Source: Nitrospirota bacterium
GTDB lineage: Bacteria; Nitrospirota; UBA9217
DNA length: 64,000 nt
NCBI GenBank assembly: GCA_963751455.1
Contig: CAVVUN010000015.1
Span: 1,568,001 to 1,632,000, forward strand
Reading direction: 5' to 3'
A program made the position numbers and the translations under genes. Shown here in pieces: positions 20,484 through 29,725 of this stretch (the stretch's first letter is position 1; each line of letters starts with the position of its first letter). The notes under the pieces were generated by a model. The model had not been told where the DNA came from. It did no database searches and worked only from the letters and a program-made list of their open reading frames with translations.

Positions 20484-22337
20484 AAAAAATACGATCCAAT
20501 AAATCCAGCCTGCTCCTGCTGTTCGCGGTTGTAGCAACCGGGGTCAACGGGTGCGCAACAACAAACGGAACCGGCGATCCCCTCGGCAATACGAAAAAGC
20601 TGGTTACCGAGGGCCATGTATCGCTTTACAGGAACGGCGCTTTTCAGGTCCCGAACACCTCGATCAGCGTTATACCGCCCGGTCCCGGCACTATGGACCT
20701 TATTGCGGAACTTACCGGCTCACGCGCAAGGCAGTCATTTGAAATATCGATCAAGCACGCAGCCGACTCTGTCTACATCGTTACAGAAGGAACAAGGGTG
20801 ACATACGGCCTTTCAAAAAAGATCAGCAGCGGCAGCAATAAAGCCGCAGACGAGATAAGAAAGCTAAGCCGGGAGAACAGCACACTCCTTGTCTACCGTT
20901 CAACGGAAATCGGCAAAAGCATCGTCGGCAAGTCCTGGGACCTGTCCGGATATATGTTCCAGGCGCGTGAAAAAGCGGGGCACGCCGTGATCAGGGATGC
21001 GCGATCAGCGGGGAACACGGTCAGTGAAACCGGTACGAAGCAGGGGACGGAACTGGCATCGGCGTCGCTGCAGACCGCCAAAGATATTTCGATATCGAGC
21101 GCGGACCGAAGCGGAGCGGCTCTCGAGTACGGCGGGCATGCCTTCGTTAAGGGGTATGCAGCCGTTCCGTCAAAGGTGAAAAAAGAGGACGTGAGCATCG
21201 GAGAGAGCCTGTCCGAGGCGAACCTTGTCGATATCATCAAGGAACAGAACGAAACACGAAGGGAATGGTCCGGAAAGACAGTTGATCTTATGAGTGATAC
21301 GGCCAGGAATTACAGCTCCGGTGTCTCGTCGTCATTCAGCAAAGCAGGAAAGGAACTGGACGGTAATTATACAACGACCGGATTGAGCCTGGCGCTATTG
21401 AAATCCCTGCGGTGGGTGCTGCAGGGAATACTGTGGGACGCAACCATAGAACCGGCCGCAAAAATGACAGCGGCGTCACTCGGGTATATCGGCGTTAATT
21501 TCGTGGCCTTCCCGATCAATGGTCCTGGTCCAGGAAGGCGTGACTACCACGAAACTTGCCGTTGAGGTGACCTGGGATGCGGCAAAAACCGGGTATGACC
21601 TGGTTGCACCCACCGGGATTGCAGCGGTGGCGGGAGTTTATGCTGTTGTTGATTCTATCGGTTCACATGCCGTTGCGGGCGCTACTGCCGTTACGGGAAA
21701 TATTCTCGGATATGGTGAAGCGGGATTAAGCAAGACCGCCGGAGTTGTTGTGAAAGGAGGCGGATATGCCGCCGGCAAAGGCGTTCAATATATCGGGGTA
21801 CCCCTTGCCAGTGCGGGAATTGCCGTTGGCGGCGGAATTATCGGGACAGCGGTAGGGGGTGTCGGCGCTGTATCCGGCGGCGCGCTCAGGGTGACCGGCG
21901 AAGCCGGCGGTGCGGTAACCCAGGGCTTTGGTAATGTCATAGCAGGCACGACGCTGGCCGCCGGGACGGCGGCGTCAACAGCGGGCGGCGCTGCCTATGG
22001 AGTCTATGAGCTGTCCAAGGCAGTTGTCGTTCCAACGGGATATGAACTCGGCGGCGGGATTGTGCTGAGCTACGGTACGCTTAGCCATCTTGCAGCTCAT
22101 TCGATCCTGGCAGTTTCGGACTGTGCATATATGGTGCTTTCACTTGAAGGCCCACGATGGGTTCTCTACGCTGTCAAGGGAAAATCCGGAACAGGTGAGG
22201 ACCTTCCTGTGGGCGTGGTTGTTGACCTCAAGAAAATGCAGGAGACCGGAGAGGAGATAAAGTATTTGCCCGTTTCGGATGAAGAGATGATGAAAGTGAT
22301 CGATTCGGTTTACGACAATTTGCCGGAGATGAGATGA
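20480..22337 (+). CDS. Uncharacterised Gly/Ala-rich lipoprotein (paralogue B), one frameshift near 21518
   Basis: ORFs 20480-21565 and 21519-22337 join (about 618 aa). Lipobox VNGC; ATGA overlap with paralogue A; shared C-terminal motif DLPVG.VVDLKK. Confidence 0.78.
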
Positions 22338-22436
22338 TCGGTTGAATAAAGAGGCTTGCCTTAAGCGACAAAATTATTTCAAAGCGCTCAAGGAGGAACG
22401 ATTCAGACAATTTGCCGGAATAGATCTGAATGCATT

Positions 22437-22511
22437 TGCCACGGATTACACTGATGGCCACGGATGAAACCGGTCTGTTCAAACCGTGTCAAATCCGTGC
22501 CATCCGTGGCA
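22437..22511. repeat. Short palindromic element built from CACGGAT/ATCCGTG units
   Basis: TGCCACGGAT...ATCCGTGGCA perfect terminal inverted repeat with internal copies; lies between convergent genes. Confidence 0.75.
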
Positions 22512-22559
22512 TGGAAGATATTCTTTATCTGTGTACGCTCATTCTCCTGATCCGGAATA

Positions 22560-22784
22560 TCAGTCTACGTGAATGATCGTGACGGGGCAGGAATCAGCCG
22601 CTTCCTTGACTTTATCCAGCAGATCCGTCGGTGCTTCGCCGCTGGCCGGGTCGCCGCCCGTTTGATACTTGGGTACTACCTCGCTCCAGTTGTCCGTTGG
22701 GTTCTGCTGAAAGAATTCCGGACAAACCGTCCAGCATGATTCACAGCTGATGCATTCTTCCCGATCAATCTTTACACTTGCCAT
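22560..22784 (-). CDS. Ferredoxin (single-cluster type)
   Basis: CISCESCWTVCP ... AADSCPV; AGGAGAGG RBS. Confidence 0.9.
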   Translation of the reverse strand: MASVKIDREECISCESCWTVCPEFFQQNPTDNWSEVVPKYQTGGDPASGEAPTDLLDKVKEAADSCPVTIIHVD

Positions 22785-22879
22785 GAGGGCACCTCTCCTT
22801 AGTTGAATGTGTTTATTAAAAATGCAATTGTTGTAATTATAGCCTATTCAATATCTGCAGATGTCTGTCGCAGTTTTTT

Positions 22880-23206
22880 TTAAAGCTTGTGGTCTTTCTT
22901 TTCGAGGATATCGTCTGTCCAGGAAAGGGCCGCAGAAACCGAGGGAAAGCCTATCGTGCTGGCAAGCAGGATGATGGCATGACGTATTTCTTCGGGGCTC
23001 GCTCCCGCAATAAGCGCACGCCGGGCATGCGAGTGGACTGATCCTTCCGAGAAATTTGCGGCTGCGCCTGCGAGTTGAATAAGACAGCAGGTTTTTTCGT
23101 CCAGAGGTCCGGCCGCTTTGCTTGCCTTGCCAAGGTTTTCCACCGCAGTCATAAAACTTTGGTATTTCTTTTGAAGGTTGGTATATTGATCCGGAAGCTT
23201 TTGCAT
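22880..23206 (-). CDS. Carboxymuconolactone decarboxylase (AhpD-like) family protein
   Basis: GPLDEKT, SVHSHARRA, GASPEEIRH, TIGFPS. Confidence 0.88.
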   Translation of the reverse strand: MQKLPDQYTNLQKKYQSFMTAVENLGKASKAAGPLDEKTCCLIQLAGAAANFSEGSVHSHARRALIAGASPEEIRHAIILLASTIGFPSVSAALSWTDDILEKKDHKL

Positions 23207-23328
23207 TGACGTCTCCTTTTGCCGGCTGGTGATCAGCCCGATTCACATAAATTATTATAAGTGTAAGCAAAAAGTAGTTAATAGTCAAGGCGATTGACTC
23301 GACCGTTTTTGTGTGATACATTTTTAGT

Positions 23329-24255
23329 ATGAACAGAATAGACTTTATTCGGGAGATCGTCCAGGTGCTGGCAGGCGATATCGGCTCTCGAACCTTTCAG
23401 GATATCGAAAGGCTTAAGAAAACAGCCGATTATATAACGGGTCAATTCCAGTCCTTCGGCTATGAAGTATTCTGGCAGCCGTTTTTGTACCGCGGAAACA
23501 CTTACTATAACATTATCGCTGAGAAGACGGGCGACACGGATCCTGAAAAAATACTTGTCATCGGAGCACATTACGATACGGTCAGGACTACTCCCGGCGC
23601 TGATGACAACGCCAGCGGCATTGCCGGGCTTCTCAGTCTGGCCAGGTCCTTTGCCGGTCTCAAGGTCCGAAAAACGGTCAGGTTCGCAGCTTTTGCACTT
23701 GAAGAACCGCCCGTATACCGGACGCAGAACATGGGAAGCTTTCATTATGCGCGAAGCCTGAGAGAGCGGAACGAACGGGTCGAGGGCATGATCTGCCTCG
23801 AGATGATCGGCTATTTCAGTGAGCGAGAAGGATCGCAGCATTATCCGCTTCCGACGTTCAGATTGAGATACCCTTCGCGCGGAGATTTTATCTCGATGGT
23901 AGGCAACATCAAGTCCCGTGCTTTTACCGAGCTTATTGGAGCGGGTTTCGAAAACGGCACCGACCTGCAGCTTGTCACCTTGAACGCTCTTCCGGTCGTT
24001 ATTGGTGTAGATTTTTCGGATCATTGGTCATTCTACAAATTCGGGTTCAAAGCGCTCATGGTAACCGACACCGCTTTTTACCGCAACCCTCACTATCATG
24101 CGCCCACCGACCTTCCGGAAACGCTCGATTACAAAAAAATGGCGAAGGTGGTGGATGGGCTGAAGGCCGCGGTCACGGCGTGGAGCGAAGAAGATCCGGG
24201 AGATCTGGAACGGTTATCGGGAAAACGCGACGCTGTAAGCGTGATGGTAAAATAG
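23329..24255 (+). CDS. Peptidase M28 family protein
   Basis: IGAHYDT, PGADDNASG, LEEPP, LEMIG, SDHWSF, YHAPTD. Confidence 0.9.
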   Translation: MNRIDFIREIVQVLAGDIGSRTFQDIERLKKTADYITGQFQSFGYEVFWQPFLYRGNTYYNIIAEKTGDTDPEKILVIGAHYDTVRTTPGADDNASGIAGLLSLARSFAGLKVRKTVRFAAFALEEPPVYRTQNMGSFHYARSLRERNERVEGMICLEMIGYFSEREGSQHYPLPTFRLRYPSRGDFISMVGNIKSRAFTELIGAGFENGTDLQLVTLNALPVVIGVDFSDHWSFYKFGFKALMVTDTAFYRNPHYHAPTDLPETLDYKKMAKVVDGLKAAVTAWSEEDPGDLERLSGKRDAVSVMVK

Positions 24256-24446
24256 AATATTCCAGCGCATCATTTGCCGCCTTTCGTGTACGCGCGCCTG
24301 TAGTATCCCAAGCTGACCCCCCCATTCTGCAATCTACTATTTTCTGCCGCAAAAATATTGTATAATACTCAAACAAAAAACAGACTGAATCTTGCCATAT
24401 GATCAGGTACTGTGTGGTAAAATAGTGATCGTCATGGGAGGGCCGA

Positions 24447-24674
24447 ATGAAAACAGGAGTGGTATTCTTTACGCTTTTTTTTGCGCTTTTGTCGCCGGCT
24501 ATTGCAGGCGACGGACAATCGGTGAAAGAAGGCTTCAAAGAGGTGCATAAGGGCATGAAGAAAGTGACCCGCACAGTCGATAAGAACGCGAAAAAAGGCG
24601 TCAGAAAAATCGACAAGAACGCAAAGAAGACCTGGAAAAAGGCAGGGCACGACATAAAGCAGGCTACAAATTGA
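24447..24674 (+). CDS. Small exported Lys-rich hypothetical protein
   Basis: GGAGG RBS, signal peptide ending AIA, repeated DKNAKK. Confidence 0.65.
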   Translation: MKTGVVFFTLFFALLSPAIAGDGQSVKEGFKEVHKGMKKVTRTVDKNAKKGVRKIDKNAKKTWKKAGHDIKQATN

Positions 24675-24793
24675 CCGTTTCGTAACCGTCCCTCGCGGCA
24701 TACGAGGGTGCTGCACTTCCGCATTGACTTTCCCCAAGCGCCCATATATTGTGTTCACATCAAGGAATCCCGAACCTGTTGAAAAGGCGTACA

Positions 24794-27400
24794 ATGATCC
24801 TGATTACAATCCAAGAGACCGCACACCGTTATCCGGATAAAACTGCCGTTCAAATGAAAACCGGGGAGCGGTACCGTCGGTACACGTATCGCGAATTCTT
24901 AAAAGGCATCGCGTCAACGGCCCGCTCTCTTTCAGATGCGGGAATAAGCAAGGGAGACCGGGTCGCACTCCTGTCGGAAAACAGGCCTGAATGGATGTCC
25001 GCCTATCTCTCGGTTGTGTCGCTCGGCGGCGTCATCGTTCCTCTCGATGCCCAGCTCACCGACAAGGAAGTCGCGAACCTGCTCGCACGTTCCGAGGCAA
25101 AAGCCGTTTTTGTATCTAGAGGCACCTTCGAGAAGCTTCCGCCGAAAAGTTCACTGATGATCGTGTCGTTTGACGAGGGTTCGGGCGTCTCTTTCAGCGA
25201 TATGTTGACCGCACATCCTGATGCTTCCGTTCCGGCCACGCCTTCCGCCGGCGATCTCGCCGCGCTTCTGTATACGTCCGGGACCACCGGCGATCCGAAG
25301 GGCGTGATGCTTTCACACGGCAATCTTGCATCGGATTGTGCCAGCTGCGTAAAGCTTGATCTTGTGCATGATTATGACAATATGCTTTGTCTTCTTCCTC
25401 TGCACCATACCTATCCGGCTATGACCTGCATGCTGCTGCCGTTTTCGGTTGGCGCCACAGTAACCATCCAGAACAGCCTCAAGGGCCCGGACATACTTTC
25501 ATGCATGGCCGAAACCGGGGTCACTATTATGCTCGGGGTTCCACAGTTGTACGCCGGACTCCGGCGCGCTATCTTCGACGGGATACAGAAAAAACCCGCG
25601 CCCGTGCAGATGATCGTAAAGCTGCTGCTCAAGCTCAATGGCGCCCTCAGAAAAACGATGGGCGTGAACCTGGGCAAGTCCCTGTTCGGCAAGGTTCACG
25701 CGCTGTTCGGACCTTCGTTGAGGCTGTTCGCAAGCGGCGGGGCGCGGCTCGAACCCGAAGTATACACGGACATGACCAACCTCGGTTTCACGGTCATCGA
25801 AGGCTACGGTCTTACCGAAACCTCCCCGGTAAGCACCTTCAACCCCCTCTCGAGACAGAAGGCGGGCTCGATTGGAATACCGCTTCCTGATGTGGAAGTC
25901 AGGATCGCAAATCCCGATGAAACAGGCCAGGGCGAGATCGCTGTACGCGGCCGGAACGTGATGCTGGGATACTATAAAAAACCCGAAGAAACCGCGGAAG
26001 TGCTGAAAGACGGATGGTTCTATACCGGCGATCTCGGCTATCGGGACAGGGACGGCTATTTTTTCATTACGGGCCGGTCAAAGGAAATGATCGTGCTGTC
26101 AACCGGCAAAAAGATCTTCCCCGAGGAGCTCGAGAAGTTCTACAAGCAGATCCCGGAAATCAAAGAAATATGCCTGCTCCAGGGGGAGCGAGGTCTTGAA
26201 GCGGCAGTCGTCCCGGATTTCGATTACCTCAGAAAAATCAACCTTTCCAACTCGCGTGAGGTCATCGCTTACAAGATCGAAGACCTTTCAAAGGAACTCC
26301 CGCCCTATAAAAGAATCACCGGGCTCAAGATCTTCAAGGACGCACTGCCGGTAACGCGTCTGGGCAAACTGAGGCGCGCCCTTGTGCGCGACCTCTATCT
26401 GAAGCAGGCTGAGAGGGCCGAGAAGGCGGTTGCCGATGCAGACAAAGAGCTGCTCGATACGCCGGAGGGAAAGAAACTGGTCGCCTGCATAGAGCCGTTT
26501 ACCCCGAAGAAAAAGGTTGTGCCGGACGACAACCTCGAACTCGACCTGGGGCTCGATTCGCTCGCCCGGGTGGAACTCGTGGTCAGCATCGAGAAATCGT
26601 TCGGCATTTCCCTGGAGGAGTCTTTCGGATCGAACGTTTTTACCGTGAAGGATGCGCTGCTCAGGATCAAAGAAGCTCTGACTGCTGCGCCGATCGAAGC
26701 CGGGAACCGAGTGCGTTTGTCATGGAACGAAATTCTTGCACAGGAACCATCCGAAGACGCGAAACAGACGCTTACGTTCGAGCCGGGACGATTGTGCATC
26801 GCGGCACGCTACATGATCAAACTGATGCTCAAACTGGTTTTCAAGGTTTACGGCGGTCTGGACGTCCGCGGTCTTCAAAACCTTCCCGAAGCAGGACCGT
26901 ACATTGTTGCGCCGAATCACGTCAGTTTTGCTGATGCCCCCTCGGTAGTGGCTGCGCTTCCCTGGAAGATTGCCTCACAGACGTTCTTTCTGGGAGCGAC
27001 TGCCTATTTCGGGGGCCCGTTGACGTCCATTGTCGCGAAGGGAATCCAGGTCATACCTGTCGATATGGAGGCCAGGCTCTATAACGCGCTCCAGTTGTCC
27101 GCATATGTTCTGCGAAACAGAAGGATACTCTGCGTGTTCCCCGAAGGACAACGGTCGCGCGACGGCTCGCTCAAAGAATTCAAGAAAGGCGTCGGCATCA
27201 TAGCGAAAGAGCTTAAGGTGCCTGTTATCCCGGTGGCGATTGAGGGCACTTATCGTATGCTTGCGCCGGGAAAGGCATTTCCGAGACCGGCAAAGGTAAG
27301 GATCACGTTTGGAAAACCGATCCAGCCAGGAGATCAAGACTACGAATCGATCGTTAAAAAGCTCTCCGAGGAAGTCGCCAGGCTGGCGGGGCAGGCGTGA
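24794..27400 (+). CDS. Long-chain acyl-CoA/AMP ligase-ACP-PlsC acyltransferase fusion (Aas-like)
   Basis: YTSGTTGDPKG, GYGLTETSP, YTGDLG (adenylation domain); LGLDSL (phosphopantetheine site); NHVSFAD and FPEGQRS (lysophospholipid acyltransferase). Confidence 0.9.
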   Translation: MILITIQETAHRYPDKTAVQMKTGERYRRYTYREFLKGIASTARSLSDAGISKGDRVALLSENRPEWMSAYLSVVSLGGVIVPLDAQLTDKEVANLLARSEAKAVFVSRGTFEKLPPKSSLMIVSFDEGSGVSFSDMLTAHPDASVPATPSAGDLAALLYTSGTTGDPKGVMLSHGNLASDCASCVKLDLVHDYDNMLCLLPLHHTYPAMTCMLLPFSVGATVTIQNSLKGPDILSCMAETGVTIMLGVPQLYAGLRRAIFDGIQKKPAPVQMIVKLLLKLNGALRKTMGVNLGKSLFGKVHALFGPSLRLFASGGARLEPEVYTDMTNLGFTVIEGYGLTETSPVSTFNPLSRQKAGSIGIPLPDVEVRIANPDETGQGEIAVRGRNVMLGYYKKPEETAEVLKDGWFYTGDLGYRDRDGYFFITGRSKEMIVLSTGKKIFPEELEKFYKQIPEIKEICLLQGERGLEAAVVPDFDYLRKINLSNSREVIAYKIEDLSKELPPYKRITGLKIFKDALPVTRLGKLRRALVRDLYLKQAERAEKAVADADKELLDTPEGKKLVACIEPFTPKKKVVPDDNLELDLGLDSLARVELVVSIEKSFGISLEESFGSNVFTVKDALLRIKEALTAAPIEAGNRVRLSWNEILAQEPSEDAKQTLTFEPGRLCIAARYMIKLMLKLVFKVYGGLDVRGLQNLPEAGPYIVAPNHVSFADAPSVVAALPWKIASQTFFLGATAYFGGPLTSIVAKGIQVIPVDMEARLYNALQLSAYVLRNRRILCVFPEGQRSRDGSLKEFKKGVGIIAKELKVPVIPVAIEGTYRMLAPGKAFPRPAKVRITFGKPIQPGDQDYESIVKKLSEEVARLAGQA

Positions 27401-27523
27401 AGGCCGCGAGTGCTGCATCTGCGATAAAGCTTTTAAGATTTCGAAACCGGATCGGGTTTCCTTCGATCTGTGTAATCTGTGGATAGCTGCGGTTACTTTC
27501 ATTTCAGAAATAGGGTGAAGCTT

Positions 27524-28462
27524 ATGAAGCATGGTATACGTTTGATGGTGCTGTTCCTTGTTCTTTCCTGTTCATCGTGTGCGACGACACCGGACCCTTC
27601 TGCAATAGAGACTTCGGAGCCGCCGGCAACCGGGATTTTGAAACCGAAAGTAGCGCTGGTTCTGGGAGGCGGCGCTGCGCGGGGTTTTGCACATGTCGGT
27701 GTGATCCGTGCACTGGAGCAGGAAAAGATCCCGATCGACCTGATTGTCGGTACCAGCGTAGGCAGCCTGATCGGCGCCATTTACGCGCATGACCTGAACA
27801 GCTTTGAGCTGGAGTGGACGGCATTTGCCCTCGAAAGAGAACACCTCTTCGACTTCGCCATGTTCGCCGCGCTTACCAGTATGGGGCCGGTCAAGGGGGA
27901 CAAACTGGAGGAGTTCGTGCGTTCAAAAGTGCCTGTCGAGAACATAGAAAACCTCAAACTCCCTTTTGCCGCCGTAGCAACCGATCTGAACCGCGGCACA
28001 CGTGTTGTGCTTGAACGCGGATCGGTGGCAAAAGCAGTGCGTGCAAGCAGCGCCATCCCGGGGGTGTTCAATCCGGTCGAGCATCAGGGCAGGCTGCTCG
28101 TGGACGGCGGCGTGGTGGACAATATCCCCATAGCCGTGGCCAGGGAGAAGGGCGCCGATATCGTGATTGCCGTAGATATCAGCGAGAACGTGGTCAACTT
28201 TAACGTTACAACCCTGGTTGATGTCGTGCTCCAGTCCGTGAACATCATGTTCAGCGAGAATGTGGGCTACAAAAAAAAGGATGCGGATGTGCTGATCATG
28301 CCGGCCGTCGGGAATGTGGCCATGCTGGATTTCACCCAGAAGAAGAGGTGCATGCAGGCGGGGATCGAGGCTGCGCAGAGGGCCATGCCTGAGATCAAAA
28401 GGAAGATCGACGAATGGACGAAAAACGCGAATTCGAAGCACGACGTCCGATCACCCAAATAA
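27524..28462 (+). CDS. Patatin-like phospholipase lipoprotein
   Basis: GGGAARG, GTSVG nucleophile motif, DGG; lipoprotein-like signal. Confidence 0.9.
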   Translation: MKHGIRLMVLFLVLSCSSCATTPDPSAIETSEPPATGILKPKVALVLGGGAARGFAHVGVIRALEQEKIPIDLIVGTSVGSLIGAIYAHDLNSFELEWTAFALEREHLFDFAMFAALTSMGPVKGDKLEEFVRSKVPVENIENLKLPFAAVATDLNRGTRVVLERGSVAKAVRASSAIPGVFNPVEHQGRLLVDGGVVDNIPIAVAREKGADIVIAVDISENVVNFNVTTLVDVVLQSVNIMFSENVGYKKKDADVLIMPAVGNVAMLDFTQKKRCMQAGIEAAQRAMPEIKRKIDEWTKNANSKHDVRSPK

Positions 28463-28525
28463 AATAAATAAAATTTAAAAAAGTAACTACTTGCTTCTTA
28501 CATAATCTGATTGAAAAAAGCTTTA

Positions 28526-28658
28526 GCCGCAGATTTCGCAGATGGACGCAGATTTTATAACCGGAATATGAAAGACTTGTATGTCTTTATAAATCCGTGT
28601 CTAAGGCTCTCTTCAGTTAATCCGTTTGCATTATCTGCGCAATCTGCGTAATCTGCGG
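28526..28658. repeat. Palindromic element of 9-bp CGCAGAT/ATCTGCG units
   Basis: GCCGCAGATTTCGCAGATGGACGCAGAT ... ATCTGCGCAATCTGCGTAATCTGCGG inverted arms around an AT-rich core. Confidence 0.8.
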
Positions 28659-28724
28659 ATAAAAAACTCGAACATCTCTACCCAAATTAAAGAAATTCAT
28701 CAATCAGGTTCGGTGAAAATCAGA

Positions 28725-29576
28725 ATGCTCGAAAAAGTAAAAATCATCCTGGAGATGATCAAGTTCGAACATACCGTCTTTGCGCTGCCCTTCGCCTTTA
28801 CCGGTGCGCTGCTGGGAGCACGTGGACTGCCATCATGGTGGAAAATCTTCTGGATCACGGCAGCGATGGTCGGTGCGCGCTCGGCGGCCATGGGCTTCAA
28901 CCGCTGGGCAGACAGGGGGTTTGACGCTCAAAACCCGAGAACCAAAACACGCGCGCTTCCTCTGGGGCTCGTGACCCCGGCACAGGTGGCAATGTTCAGC
29001 GGGATCTCGTCGCTGCTGCTGGTGTTTGCCGCCTGGATGCTGAATACACTCAGTTTCTGTCTCTCCCCGATTGCGCTCGCCGTGGTGTTTTTCTATTCTT
29101 ACACCAAACGCTTCACGTTTCTATCGCATGCGTTCCTTGGTCTTGCCATCTGTCTTGCGCCAATCGGCTCGTGGATAGCGGTTACAGGAAAGCTGGAACT
29201 TCCGGCGCTCGTGCTGGGAGGGGCGGTGCTTTTCTGGCTTTTGGGGTTTGACGTCCTGTACGCGCTCCAGGATATGGATTTCGACCGCAAGTCGGGTCTG
29301 CACTCGATTCCCCAGAAGTTCGGAATTCGGCGCTCGCTCTGGATAGCCCGGCTCTCGCACACGATAACCATGGTGTTTCTGTTCGGGCTAGGGAACCTCC
29401 TCTCTCTCGGCTGGTATTACTATGCCGGAGTATTTGCCGCACTTTTCCTTATGTTTTACGAGCACATGCTGGTTAAGGAAGGAGATCTGTCGAAGCTTGA
29501 TATTGCCTTCTTTAACATGAACGGTTATATAAGTGTTACAATTTTTATTTTTACACTCCTGGACGTACTGCTATAA
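28725..29576 (+). CDS. ubiA: UbiA-family polyprenyltransferase (MqnP-like)
   Basis: MIKFEHTVFALPFA, ARSAAMGFNRWADRGFDAQNPRTKTRALP, YSYTKRFT, FDVLYALQD, AFFNMNG. Confidence 0.88.
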   Translation: MLEKVKIILEMIKFEHTVFALPFAFTGALLGARGLPSWWKIFWITAAMVGARSAAMGFNRWADRGFDAQNPRTKTRALPLGLVTPAQVAMFSGISSLLLVFAAWMLNTLSFCLSPIALAVVFFYSYTKRFTFLSHAFLGLAICLAPIGSWIAVTGKLELPALVLGGAVLFWLLGFDVLYALQDMDFDRKSGLHSIPQKFGIRRSLWIARLSHTITMVFLFGLGNLLSLGWYYYAGVFAALFLMFYEHMLVKEGDLSKLDIAFFNMNGYISVTIFIFTLLDVLL

Positions 29577-29725
29577 GACATACCTCGCTTTTACCCTGCC
29601 TCTTTCTTCCCTTATAAAAAAGTATAAGAAAAAAATCAGACATTCTGGTATTATGTACGCAGACTGTAATATTGTGTCATCCCTTTTATTTGTCGTTTAA
29701 TACTGGTACGAGGCTTATTGCGGCC

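Noticed and set aside
18993-22337. Magnetosome (Mms6/MamD-like) proteins, suggested by Gly-rich hydrophobic tracts
   Set aside because: No LG-repeat signature and no recognisable mam/mad/man genes in the window.
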